A DNA stretch of 64,000 bases from a phage. The notes beneath the pieces are model-generated. The model was not told the DNA's origin. It saw only the letters and a list, made by a program, of their open reading frames with translations, and searched no databases. Location of the stretch: the sequence record PQ327946.1; one strand, 5' to 3'. How positions within the stretch are numbered: position 1 is the first letter of the stretch; each line of letters starts with the position of its first letter. Shown one piece after another: positions 1-8,427 of this stretch. Made by a program: the position numbers and the translations under genes.

Positions 1-411
1 ACAGTGAGTGGTAATACTAGTTCCGCTGGTGCGCACCAACACGCGCGTTCAGGCCCTCAGATGCAAGGCGGCGTACCCACTAGCATATTCCGTGATGGAT
101 ACAATAGTGCGGGTCCAAACGGCAACGCTAAAATCACTGGAACCGTGAGCGGTGCTACTGCATCGTCGAATATGGCCAAAACTTCTTCAGATGGTGCCCA
201 CACCCATAGTTGGTCTGGTACTACTAGCGCCACAGGTAACCATTCGCATACGGTAGGTATTGGCGCTCATACTCACACTGTAGGTATAGGTGCTCATACC
301 CACACGGTAGCTATTGGTTCGCACGGTCATACTATCACTGTAAATAGTACAGGTAATACAGAAAACACAGTTAAAAACGTTGCTTTTAACTATATCGTTC
401 GTTTAGCATAA
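1..411 (+). CDS. 37: Long tail fibre distal subunit gp37, C-terminal fragment (5' end outside window)
   Basis: ORF running off the window start; repeated His-x-His motifs (GAHTHTV, GSHGHTI) typical of the T4 gp37 needle/tip; followed immediately by gp38. Confidence 0.8.
   Translation, partial: TVSGNTSSAGAHQHARSGPQMQGGVPTSIFRDGYNSAGPNGNAKITGTVSGATASSNMAKTSSDGAHTHSWSGTTSATGNHSHTVGIGAHTHTVGIGAHTHTVAIGSHGHTITVNSTGNTENTVKNVAFNYIVRLA
211..330 (+). repeat. In-frame tandem coding repeat for HxH motif (IGAHTHTVG x2, then IGSHGHTI)
   Basis: Near-identical nucleotide units ggtattggcgctcatactcacactgta / ggtataggtgctcatacccacacggta read directly. Confidence 0.7.
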
Positions 412-440
412 GGAGAAGGGACTTCTGTCCCTTTTATAAT

Positions 441-992
441 ATGAAACTCTATCACTATTATTTTGACACTAAAGAATTTTACAAAGAAGAAAATTATAAA
501 CCATTAAAAGGCGTAGGATTTCCGGCTCATTCGACACCAAAAAAACCTTTAGACCCTAAAGAAGGCTATGCTATTGTATTTGATGAACGCGAACAAGAAT
601 GGGTATATGTTGAAGACCATCGTGGAAAAACAGTATGGACTTATGATAAGCAAAAAATTGTTATTGACACTCCAGGTGCTCTTCAAAATGTTACTACAGA
701 AGAACCTGGTGAATTTGACATTTGGACCGGTGACGGGTGGAAGGAAGATGAAGCATATAAACGCGTAGTTCAACGTGATAAGAAAATTCATGAACTCTAT
801 AAATTATTCAGTGTTTTAAGTTCTCTTATTGACGCAGAGGTTGCTAATAGAGAAGAAAAACGAAAATTTAAAGAGCTCAAAAAATTCTTTGCCCTTTTAG
901 AAAAACACGAACATCTTGGCGGTGAATTCCCTAAATTCCCTGACCTTGAAAACAAATCTATTGTCAAAGCGATTATAAATATCTTTAAGTAA
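441..992 (+). CDS. 38: Tail fibre assembly chaperone gp38 (T4 type)
   Basis: 183 aa; N-terminus MKLYHYYFDTKEFYKEENYKP and C-terminal FFALLEKHEHLGGEFP closely match remembered T4 gp38; same length. Confidence 0.85.
   Translation: MKLYHYYFDTKEFYKEENYKPLKGVGFPAHSTPKKPLDPKEGYAIVFDEREQEWVYVEDHRGKTVWTYDKQKIVIDTPGALQNVTTEEPGEFDIWTGDGWKEDEAYKRVVQRDKKIHELYKLFSVLSSLIDAEVANREEKRKFKELKKFFALLEKHEHLGGEFPKFPDLENKSIVKAIINIFK
974..981 (+). promoter_or_regulatory. Late promoter -10 element TATAAATA upstream of t
   Basis: Exact TATAAATA about 20 nt upstream of the AAGGAGG RBS and ATG of holin t. Confidence 0.55.
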
Positions 993-1001
993 GGAGGTAT
1001 T

Positions 1002-1661
1002 ATGGCAACACCAAAAGTATCATTTTCACTTAGTGATATTCTATTTGGGTTGCTAGATCGTATTTTCAAAGATAACGCTACTGGAAAGGTTTTAATGTCC
1101 CGAGTAGCGGTAATTATTCTTTTGTTCCTAATGGCACTAATATGGTACAAAGGAAGTATTTTGCTGGATTATTATGTAAGAGCTAAGTATGATACTTATA
1201 CTGAAATAATCCAAAAAGAACGAGCTTTACGTTTTGAATCTGCGGCTCTAGAACAACTGCAAATAGTTCATATCTCATCTGGTGCAGATTTTAGTGCTGT
1301 GTATTCTTTCAGACCTAAAAACTTAAATTATTTCGTCGACCTTATAGCTTATGAAGGCAAACTACCTAGCACAATTTCTGAAAAGTCCCTTGGCGGATTC
1401 CCTGTGGATAAAACGGCCAATGAATATATAATTCATTTAAGTGGCCGTCATTTCTCATCTAAATCAGAATTTGCATTTTTGCCTACAAAATCTAAGACTG
1501 CCGAACTTTCTTATATGTATAGTTGCCCATACTTTAATTTGGATAACATCTATGCTGGAACTGTGACGATGTATTGGTATAAGGGGAGTAATATACTTGA
1601 GGAAGACCGCTTAGCGGCTATATGCAACCAAGCGGTCCGAATACTAGGAAGGGCTAAATAA
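1002..1661 (+). CDS. t: Holin t
   Basis: 219 aa; strong match to T4 holin T (SDILFG..DRIFKDNATGKVL..; C-terminal ICNQAVRILGRAK); RBS AAGGAGG. Confidence 0.9.
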   Translation: MATPKVSFSLSDILFGLLDRIFKDNATGKVLMSRVAVIILLFLMALIWYKGSILLDYYVRAKYDTYTEIIQKERALRFESAALEQLQIVHISSGADFSAVYSFRPKNLNYFVDLIAYEGKLPSTISEKSLGGFPVDKTANEYIIHLSGRHFSSKSEFAFLPTKSKTAELSYMYSCPYFNLDNIYAGTVTMYWYKGSNILEEDRLAAICNQAVRILGRAK

Positions 1662-1934
1662 TTAGTTGTTAGAATACATCGCTAAATGACGATAAATATT
1701 TTCAAAACCTTCATTGAATTCACTAATCAGTGTTTTCTTTTCTTCGGCAGTTAAATTTGTAATTAGTTTTCTGAACGAATTCTGATTTAGCTGCCGACCA
1801 TCTTTTTTAATTCCAATCTCATTCAAGAATCCGATGAAACTTGCTCGGTCTTCAACAATATCTTCCCTAGAGAATTTAATCAAAATAGAAGCAATAGTAA
1901 TAATTTCACGTACGATTTCAATATCTTTATTCAT
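1662..1934 (-). CDS. asiA: Anti-sigma70 factor AsiA
   Basis: 90 aa; MNKDIEIVREIITIASILIKFSREDIVEDRA matches T4 AsiA in sequence and length; abuts the t stop codon tail-to-tail. Confidence 0.85.
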   Translation of the reverse strand: MNKDIEIVREIITIASILIKFSREDIVEDRASFIGFLNEIGIKKDGRQLNQNSFRKLITNLTAEEKKTLISEFNEGFENIYRHLAMYSNN

Positions 1935-2131
1935 AACGTTTTATTCATTCCACTTAGTTGGTATGGATATAGTACCATTATCAGTGTTGATTGTAAATGG
2001 CTTTTTCTACGCTTTTAACGTAATTGGTATAGTCTTCCTGTTCATACGAGTGTAAGGCCAAGAACTGAACTAATAGTTCATTATAGACTAAAGCCTCACG
2101 CTCACGTTCGGCCTCTACTACGTTCTGAAGA

Positions 2132-2431
2132 TTATGACTCATATCGTTCCTTATAACTATCAATATAGTCCTGTATGTCGAAGAATGATATTTCATATTC
2201 TAGGGCATTAAGAGCCCGTTCTTCAGTATAGTCAGAACCAAAGACGATAGTGATTTCGCCAGGCTTCATGTGATTGAAATCAACACTAAAAGGAATACGA
2301 GAACATACTTCGTCTGCCATATCTGCAACAACACTACGATATACTTCTCGGTTAACCTGATAAAGCTCTGCAAGTTCTTCACAACGAATAACAAGTTCAG
2401 TGGCAGGATTTTCTTTGATTTTAGTAAACAT
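2132..2431 (-). CDS. Small highly acidic protein, possible Arn-like DNA mimic
   Basis: 99 aa, strongly acidic; lies in the asiA-motA interval where T4 carries arn; assignment is positional only. Confidence 0.3.
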   Translation of the reverse strand: MFTKIKENPATELVIRCEELAELYQVNREVYRSVVADMADEVCSRIPFSVDFNHMKPGEITIVFGSDYTEERALNALEYEISFFDIQDYIDSYKERYES

Positions 2432-2505
2432 AGTCTTTACCCTTATGTTTTTGTTTGCGTTTAGATTGAAGTTCTGATTTCTTCTTGTCCTTATGAACAG
2501 AAGCC

Positions 2506-2733
2506 TTATTGAAATCGTGTTTTGCTACAAGATTGTTCATAATGATTTATAACCTCATTTAAACATTTATCGGTAAAAGAAAACTTTTTAGCCACAGAAC
2601 ATTCGATAATGTGCTCTTTCAAATCTTTAGAGTCGGTATATCCCATCTCAGTAATAAAGTGGCGAATTAAAGCTTTATTCTTATCATTAACAGAATTAAA
2701 ATAATCTGCTTTAGAATCAATTATTCTCATCAT
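2506..2733 (-). CDS. Hypothetical protein (75 aa)
   Basis: ORF in the compact same-strand early gene array. Confidence 0.4.
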   Translation of the reverse strand: MMRIIDSKADYFNSVNDKNKALIRHFITEMGYTDSKDLKEHIIECSVAKKFSFTDKCLNEVINHYEQSCSKTRFQ

Positions 2734-2998
2734 CTAATTTCCTTAATTGATATTGCAACGAGCTAATAATTTCTTCGTTCATTTTAATATACATGTCACG
2801 CAAGAAAGGTTTTAACCCATCACGAATAATTGCTAATGTATCACCTTTACATAAATTAACCAAATAAGGATGGTCTAAAGCGTCCCAACCAGGCTGATTA
2901 GCATACATACCATAGTTTTCTTCCATCATATGATTAAGACGTTTGATATCTTGGATACGTGATTCAATAGCATCTTTCTGGAGTTGTTTAATATTCAT
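2717..2998 (-). CDS. Hypothetical protein (93 aa)
   Basis: ORF packed between neighbours with short overlaps. Confidence 0.45.
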   Translation of the reverse strand: MNIKQLQKDAIESRIQDIKRLNHMMEENYGMYANQPGWDALDHPYLVNLCKGDTLAIIRDGLKPFLRDMYIKMNEEIISSLQYQLRKLDDENN

Positions 2999-3459
2999 TA
3001 ATAAAGGTCCTCTGAATAAAGTTCTTTCTCACTTCCGCCACGTTCAATACGTACCTGTCCAGCATACGTTGCAATAATCATTGCTTCTTCACGAGTCCAG
3101 TAATTAGAGTATTGGTCGATAAAGCCTTGGTCGTCACCACAAACTTGTTGCGAGACTAATTGAGGGCCAACTATATCAAGTACTTCAGCCATATCTTTAG
3201 AGTAATGACGAACTCCAGGAATAACCAGAGTTCCACCACTCTTCAATTTAAACCTATTAGCTGCACATACTATAACACGTTGAACTTTTTGGTCATTATT
3301 CCAATAGCACGTTTGCCAACAGATTTCAGGAACTTCATTCATTATATCATCAGCAGAATAATTATAACCGTAGGACTGGAATTTTTCTGCTAGACTTTCA
3401 GGGGTCTCACGAGACAAGGCCAAATCTAATAGCTCTAAACGTTCTTTAAATGATTTCAT
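2998..3459 (-). CDS. Hypothetical protein (153 aa)
   Basis: ORF with stop/start overlap to neighbours; motA.1-like position. Confidence 0.5.
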   Translation of the reverse strand: MKSFKERLELLDLALSRETPESLAEKFQSYGYNYSADDIMNEVPEICWQTCYWNNDQKVQRVIVCAANRFKLKSGGTLVIPGVRHYSKDMAEVLDIVGPQLVSQQVCGDDQGFIDQYSNYWTREEAMIIATYAGQVRIERGGSEKELYSEDLY

Positions 3460-3800
3460 TTAAACCATTCCTTAATACGTTGCCAAATAGATTTTTGTGC
3501 TTGTTTATTTACACCAATCGAACGAATAACCGGTTGTGACTGCTGATATTCTTTATAATCTTCTTTATAGATTTCGTAAGCTGCATCAACAAATGAACTG
3601 ATCGCTGCCATAAAGTTTTTACGTATACCGCCAGGAGCTACTCCATTAGGGAATTCAGAATTTTCGCGAATAATTAAATATAACCCAGCTTTAACTTTAA
3701 CTATAGTTCCAAGATAAGCCCCGTGGTACCAAATATCCCATCCTTCCTGAGTAGGTTCTGCACATTTACGAAGTTCGTTAATAATATTCAGCTTATTCAT
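3456..3800 (-). CDS. Hypothetical protein (114 aa)
   Basis: ORF immediately downstream of motA on the same strand. Confidence 0.5.
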   Translation of the reverse strand: MNKLNIINELRKCAEPTQEGWDIWYHGAYLGTIVKVKAGLYLIIRENSEFPNGVAPGGIRKNFMAAISSFVDAAYEIYKEDYKEYQQSQPVIRSIGVNKQAQKSIWQRIKEWFK

Positions 3801-3810
3801 TATGTATTCC

Positions 3811-4443
3811 TCACAGTACGTTAGTTACAAGGGTAATGATTTCTTTGGACACATTAGGGAAGTCAATGTAAGTATATTTACCACCGATCTTAATCTTAAC
3901 ATCATTTTCAAGAGAAGTAAACAGCTTTGATTCAGTTTCTGACATGTTGTATGCAAATATTCTAAGACAACCATCTCGACGAATTTCGATCTGACGAATA
4001 CCTAGAACTCGTTTTGCAAATCGAACTTCCAAGTTACTACGGTTTTCACCAATTTCTTTAACTTCAACTTTATCTTTAATATTTTCAAAAACAAAGTTTG
4101 CTAATTCATGCATTTCGGGAGTAACTCCACGTGCTTTTCTAGTGTTACGTTTCTGAAGAAGTTCTGGAGCATTTTCTTGGGCAAAGAGGTCTGCAGCTTT
4201 TTGGATAATATCCATTGCTTCGCCTGTTGCTATAAGTCCATCACCAGATTTTTCGACTAAACCTTTCTTAATCAATACACCAATGTTAGAGTTGACAACC
4301 GATGCATTGTATTCCGCTTCCAGAGCTTCACGGACATTGGCAGCAGTGGTGAAGTTGTTCTTAATGATATAAACCATTATTGCAGCAGTTTTTTCATTCA
4401 GAGCGTTTTCAGAAGCTTTGATGATGTAAGCAACTTTAGACAT
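3811..4443 (-). CDS. motA: Middle-transcription activator MotA
   Basis: 210 aa; MSKVAYIIKAS..NSNIGVLIKKGLVEKSGDGLI..QENAPELL matches T4 MotA. Confidence 0.85.
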   Translation of the reverse strand: MSKVAYIIKASENALNEKTAAIMVYIIKNNFTTAANVREALEAEYNASVVNSNIGVLIKKGLVEKSGDGLIATGEAMDIIQKAADLFAQENAPELLQKRNTRKARGVTPEMHELANFVFENIKDKVEVKEIGENRSNLEVRFAKRVLGIRQIEIRRDGCLRIFAYNMSETESKLFTSLENDVKIKIGGKYTYIDFPNVSKEIITLVTNVL

Positions 4444-4472
4444 TTTATTTCTCCAATTTGGTTGTTTTGTTT

Positions 4473-4511
4473 TGATAGGTCTATAATATCATGTTTGAAG
4501 CACATGTAAAC
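4473..4511 (-). promoter_or_regulatory. Early sigma70-type promoter (-35 GTTTAC, -10 TATTAT) upstream of motA
   Basis: Minus strand reads GTTTAC-N17-TATTAT-AGACCTATC; member of the repeated gataggtctataata cassette. Confidence 0.45.
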
Positions 4512-4531
4512 TGTTTTGTGAGAAAAAATGC

Positions 4532-4552
4532 ACAAAAAGGAGCCGAAGCTCC
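4532..4552 (-). terminator. Intrinsic terminator hairpin (GGAGC-UUCG-GCUCC + U tract) after gene 52
   Basis: + strand aaaaaggagccgaagctcc; on the minus transcript a GC stem with UUCG loop followed by UUUUU. Confidence 0.55.
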
Positions 4553-4629
4553 CTAATCATGTTTGTCCAACCAGTACAGCCAAATCACTAGTGCAGCTAT
4601 TGCACCGAGAAATCCTAAGGCTAGGGCAC

Positions 4630-5955
4630 TCAAAGTGCCTCCAAGTCTTTAGTGTACTCTGTCACAACATCAGTAGACTTCCAATACTCATTTTCTTCTT
4701 TCTTAGCTTTAGCTTCTTCTGCCAGTTTACGTGCTTCGTCGGAAGTGATATGGAAGATGTTAAGACCTACCAGTTTATCGACATACTCTTTATACATTTC
4801 GATTTGTGCTAGCTCTTCAGTCAAAGCTTTACGAGTCTTGCCCTGAATCACAATTTCGCCACTGATAACTTTTTTGATGAAGTGTGCCTTAGCAAAAGCA
4901 AGTTTAAATGCTTTTTCAGATTCAAGGATTTTGTTGTCAATACGTTTCTGAACGTAAGTCTTACGGACTTCAACAAAATCTTTGATTAAGTCCACTACAT
5001 TATCATAGACTGCTAATTTACCCTTTTCATTAATCACTGTGATGTTTTGTGAACGACGTTCGATGAGACTAAAATCTTTCATGATTTTTTCATGACGTAG
5101 CTCTTCATCATCAGGAAGCGAGTACTCTTTACGGAACTTCACCTTAAACCCAAAGCCGTGTTCACCGCAATCATCTTCCCATGAGATTAGACCTTTGTCT
5201 TCCAACGGGTCAAGAACCTTACTCACATACGTTTCGCGGTCGAATTTATATGGGATTTCAGTTATCTGCATTTGAGTGCGAGATGTGAACTTATATGTTC
5301 CGTGAATCTCATAACGCCCATCAACTTCATGTACTTCACCACGGAATTCCGGGAATTCAACTTTTGGCTTAGTGACATTTTTACCTTGAAGAGCTTGTAA
5401 TACAGCCTTTTTGACTGATTTAAAACTATGAGGCAGAATATTTGTTGCGTAACCGGTTGCAATACCAGAGACACCATTCAAAAGAACTGTCGGAATAATA
5501 GGAAGATAGAATTTTGGTGGAATGTGTTCTTTATCTTCATGAGCTGGAGCATATTCAGTATCTTTATATACGTTATAGAAATTTTTACTTACACGAGCAA
5601 AAATATAACGAGATGCTGCAGCTTTTTGGACTGTTCGAGAACCAAAGTTGCCTTGGCCATCTAACAGTGGATAGTTGTTGTTCCATGTGTTAGCCATCAA
5701 TGCACCTGCATCTTGTGCAGAAGATTCACCATGGTGATAACCTAAATCTGCAACACCACCTGCAATTGACGCAAGTTTATGAAATTTTTCTTTATTGCCA
5801 CGAGCCAAATCTAACGCACGATGAACCACAAAACGTTGAACCGGCTTAAATCCATCAATCATGTTTGGGATTGCACGGTTTTCAACGGTGTACATCGCGT
5901 ATGCTAAGGCTTCGTTATCAATAATACTTTTTAGATTACGAGAATTCAATTGCAT
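4630..5955 (-). CDS. 52: DNA topoisomerase II medium subunit gp52 (GyrA-like)
   Basis: 441 aa; gyrase A-type segments (KPVQRFVVHRALDL, active-site region ..SRYIFAR..); T4 gp52 is of similar length. Confidence 0.85.
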   Translation of the reverse strand: MQLNSRNLKSIIDNEALAYAMYTVENRAIPNMIDGFKPVQRFVVHRALDLARGNKEKFHKLASIAGGVADLGYHHGESSAQDAGALMANTWNNNYPLLDGQGNFGSRTVQKAAASRYIFARVSKNFYNVYKDTEYAPAHEDKEHIPPKFYLPIIPTVLLNGVSGIATGYATNILPHSFKSVKKAVLQALQGKNVTKPKVEFPEFRGEVHEVDGRYEIHGTYKFTSRTQMQITEIPYKFDRETYVSKVLDPLEDKGLISWEDDCGEHGFGFKVKFRKEYSLPDDEELRHEKIMKDFSLIERRSQNITVINEKGKLAVYDNVVDLIKDFVEVRKTYVQKRIDNKILESEKAFKLAFAKAHFIKKVISGEIVIQGKTRKALTEELAQIEMYKEYVDKLVGLNIFHITSDEARKLAEEAKAKKEENEYWKSTDVVTEYTKDLEAL

Positions 5956-5959
5956 ATTT

Positions 5960-6100
5960 TCACCATATTAATGAACGAATAGCCATTATAACATCTGAAA
6001 TGAAAAGCACTACTTGGATTAGCCCAAACATCACACCATAGTACAGAACCGTAAGCAACAACAAGAGCCCGAAGGCTCCTGCTAAGATTTTCTTAATCAT
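5960..6100 (-). CDS. Small hydrophobic membrane protein (about 46 aa), ac/52.1 region
   Basis: Hand-translated: MIKKILAGAFGLLLLLTVLYYGVMFGLIQVVLF..; below the ORF-track size cut-off; coordinates approximate. Confidence 0.35.
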   Translation of the reverse strand: MIKKILAGAFGLLLLLTVLYYGVMFGLIQVVLFISDVIMAIRSLIW

Positions 6101-6246
6101 TACTCGCCTTTTAATACGTTAAAAAGAGCTAAGACCGCTAAGGTACCTTGTGACACCGCCTGTTGAAATACTGATGTTTCGCCTGTAACTAAAGTGTTAA
6201 TGAATAAAAACGACCAACACAACAATGCAATAATCCATGTTACCAT
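6100..6246 (-). CDS. Small hydrophobic membrane protein (about 48 aa), ac/stp region
   Basis: Hand-translated: MVTWIIALLCWSFLFINTLVTGE..; stop overlaps the next start (TAATG); coordinates approximate. Confidence 0.35.
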   Translation of the reverse strand: MVTWIIALLCWSFLFINTLVTGETSVFQQAVSQGTLAVLALFNVLKGE

Positions 6247-6298
6247 TTTAATTACCTCAAAAATAAATTAAAGGCCCAACTTAATAGGCCTGTATAAA

Positions 6299-6745
6299 TT
6301 AGTAACTCTGCAGAATGAATTTGAAATTATCAGCCAGAAGACGGTTCATTTCAGTGAGTGTTTGATATTCTGATGTATGGTTGCGAGTGAATGCCAGAGC
6401 CAATTGTCCTTTACCATAACCGGTAGTCAGGGGTTTCATGTTCTTAGCTGCAACAAAGATTACATCATATTCAATATTGTTAGTGCCCATAGTACGGGCT
6501 AGTTGCGAACGGCCTTGACGAATGTGAGAAAGAATTGCATCCAACCCTTGTTTAGAACGTTGACGTCCTACAAAGAATCGTGCTGCTACTTGACGCCAAT
6601 CAGATGAACCTTTAACAAAGAAGTAAAAACCTTCACGAGAACGAAACTCTTTAGAAACTTCAGAACCGTATTCGCCATTACGAACTACTGCAACAACTTC
6701 ACCGCCAACTGCCAGAAGGTCTTTACGAGTTAAATATTTGGACAT
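6299..6745 (-). CDS. ndd: Probable nucleoid disruption protein Ndd
   Basis: 148 aa ORF at the position and of the size expected for T4 ndd (between ac and denB); no motif check possible. Confidence 0.45.
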   Translation of the reverse strand: MSKYLTRKDLLAVGGEVVAVVRNGEYGSEVSKEFRSREGFYFFVKGSSDWRQVAARFFVGRQRSKQGLDAILSHIRQGRSQLARTMGTNNIEYDVIFVAAKNMKPLTTGYGKGQLALAFTRNHTSEYQTLTEMNRLLADNFKFILQSY

Positions 6746-6788
6746 GCTAATTTCCTCAATTGATTAATGTTTTTGTAATCCATGAGAG

Positions 6789-6818
6789 CATTATACTCTG
6801 CTCTCAAGAGTTTGTACA
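6789..6818 (-). promoter_or_regulatory. Early promoter cassette (repeat family ttatactctgctctcaagagtttgta)
   Basis: Minus strand gives TTGTACAAAC..CTCTTGAGAGCAGAG-TATAAT; a second copy is at 51228-51257. Confidence 0.4.
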
Positions 6819-6821
6819 ATT

Positions 6822-7022
6822 TTATTCGGCTATATCAGAACGTTCAAAAAGCTCTTCAACAGTTAAACATTCAGTGTCATCTTCAATAAAGAATCGAGTC
6901 CAACACGTCGGGGCGATACAGTTATGGGTTTGTCCGGCGATAGAAGCTACACGAATAAGCTGCTGACCATTATTCAGAACAAATTTTTCACCAATTTCAA
7001 CATCTTTAAAAAGCTTAGCCAT
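6822..7022 (-). CDS. Hypothetical protein (66 aa)
   Basis: Small ORF in the ndd-denB interval. Confidence 0.35.
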   Translation of the reverse strand: MAKLFKDVEIGEKFVLNNGQQLIRVASIAGQTHNCIAPTCWTRFFIEDDTECLTVEELFERSDIAE

Positions 7023-7035
7023 TTTGTGTTCCTCA

Positions 7036-7075
7036 TGTTTCAGTAGGACTACTATACCATAATCCTACCTTGTTG
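7036..7075 (-). promoter_or_regulatory. Early promoter cassette with dyad (taggactactata..aatccta + gtaaac)
   Basis: Repeat family gataggactactata; -35 GTTTAC on the minus strand. Confidence 0.4.
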
Positions 7076-7272
7076 TAAACAATTAAATTACATTAAAATA
7101 TGTTAAAGCCAACCATGATCCAGTGAACGAACATGCGATGTAAAAACCCGTATCACAAATTGTTCTTAGTACAATAATAAGTGCATTTTTCATAAGTACC
7201 TCAATACAATTGAAAATACTATACAAATCATAGGGATACTAAGCAACCATATTCCGATCCACATTTTAGAGC

Positions 7273-7536
7273 TCATATCTCAACTTCCGCGAGTTCCATA
7301 TATCCTTTGTTGATAACCTCTTTAAGGTCTTTAGAAAGAATAACACTAAAATGGTCGTTCATATGTCCATTAACCAGACGAGTTATTTCGGCTTCAGATG
7401 ACATATAAGGCACGTCTGAGTCCCAATGAGATAGACCCAAATGGGTATAAATCATCCCTTCGTCATCTGCAGTGTTGTACATTGAAACAAATTCGCCTGT
7501 TACTTTATGTTTTGCGTAGAAAAATTTAAATTTCAT
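7273..7536 (-). CDS. Hypothetical protein (87 aa)
   Basis: ORF with upstream promoter cassette at 7551-7590. Confidence 0.45.
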   Translation of the reverse strand: MKFKFFYAKHKVTGEFVSMYNTADDEGMIYTHLGLSHWDSDVPYMSSEAEITRLVNGHMNDHFSVILSKDLKEVINKGYMELAEVEI

Positions 7537-7550
7537 GATGTTATCCTCTT

Positions 7551-7590
7551 TTAGATAGGACTACTATATCATAGTCCTACTTAGTTGTAA
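7551..7590 (-). promoter_or_regulatory. Early promoter: GTTTAC-N18-TATAGT with 8-bp inverted repeat TAGGACTA/TAGTCCTA flanking the -10
   Basis: Read directly on the minus strand: gtGTTTACaactaagTAGGACTAtgaTATAGTAGTCCTAtc. Confidence 0.45.
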
Positions 7591-7604
7591 ACACTTTTAT
7601 GAAA

Positions 7605-8162
7605 TTAAAGTTGAAGATACCACCCGTTGTAGTTGCTCTTGCGGACGATTTTCTTTAGGTCTTCATGGTCTCCCACGAACTTTATAGAATAAGAGAAGAC
7701 GTCAGGTGAGGTTTCTTTGACATCTAATATAATAATGCAATCTGCGACTCGATGGTTCAAGAAGGGCCCTATGTTGATTCCGTTGCCACCTGGATAATCA
7801 CCACTGTATCCTGTGGTAACAGAAATCCATTTAGAATCTATCTGGTGTGTCTTGACTTCTACACGAATTCCACAATACTTGGGGTGGGCTAACACGTCCC
7901 ATGCATACGTGTACGGGTCTTCTACGTCTTCAATACCTTTATTAACATATCCGTCTAGCCAATTTGCTACTACATACTCTGCAAAGACCGCAACCTTACA
8001 ACGTCGAACTACATCTTCTTTGTTTTGGTCAGGATTTTGGCTCAGGGAATACCGAGCAGTGTCAGCAATCTTCACCTTCATTTCACTAGTCAAAAACTCA
8101 TTCGACAGGATAAATGTCGGAAGATTCTTCAGTCTCAACAGTCCCAAGTTCGTCTTTACCAT
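7605..8162 (-). CDS. denB: Endonuclease IV DenB
   Basis: ORF adjacent to rIIB as in T4; starting at the internal ATG (MVKTNLG, good RBS) gives 185 aa, the T4 DenB length. Confidence 0.6.
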   Translation of the reverse strand: MVKTNLGLLRLKNLPTFILSNEFLTSEMKVKIADTARYSLSQNPDQNKEDVVRRCKVAVFAEYVVANWLDGYVNKGIEDVEDPYTYAWDVLAHPKYCGIRVEVKTHQIDSKWISVTTGYSGDYPGGNGINIGPFLNHRVADCIIILDVKETSPDVFSYSIKFVGDHEDLKKIVRKSNYNGWYLQL

Positions 8163-8385
8163 AGATACCTCTGATGTGTAGTTCGCCAAAATAAATGCGG
8201 TCACCTTCTTCAAGATATTCTGCATCTACCGGTGGGATTTCAATAACAACTTCGTCGCATTCTAACCAACCATAGTGTGCATCGCCAGGATGTTTTACCA
8301 ATTTAGCACAATAAACTGATTTACACTTATGATGACCACGAAGATTAGCAATTTTGGATTCTGATACGTCAAATGGATGAATCAT
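8098..8385 (-). CDS. Hypothetical protein (about 95 aa), denB.1-like position
   Basis: Track ORF starts at a TTG inside the terminator hairpin; internal ATG (MIHPFDV) with RBS is more plausible; overlaps the denB start. Confidence 0.35.
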   Translation of the reverse strand: MIHPFDVSESKIANLRGHHKCKSVYCAKLVKHPGDAHYGWLECDEVVIEIPPVDAEYLEEGDRIYFGELHIRGIYGKDELGTVETEESSDIYPVE

Positions 8386-8397
8386 AATTACCCCTAA

Positions 8398-8422
8398 AGA
8401 AAAAAAGGGGACCGAAGTCCCC
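8398..8422 (-). terminator. Intrinsic terminator (GGGGAC-UUCG-GUCCCC + U7) after rIIB
   Basis: + strand aaaaaaaggggaccgaagtcccc. Confidence 0.6.
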
Positions 8423-8427
8423 AATTA

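Noticed and set aside
1981-2196. 71-aa minus-strand ORF overlapping the acidic Arn-like ORF
   Set aside because: Overlaps 2132-2431 out of frame with no convincing RBS; kept out of the gene list as probably spurious.
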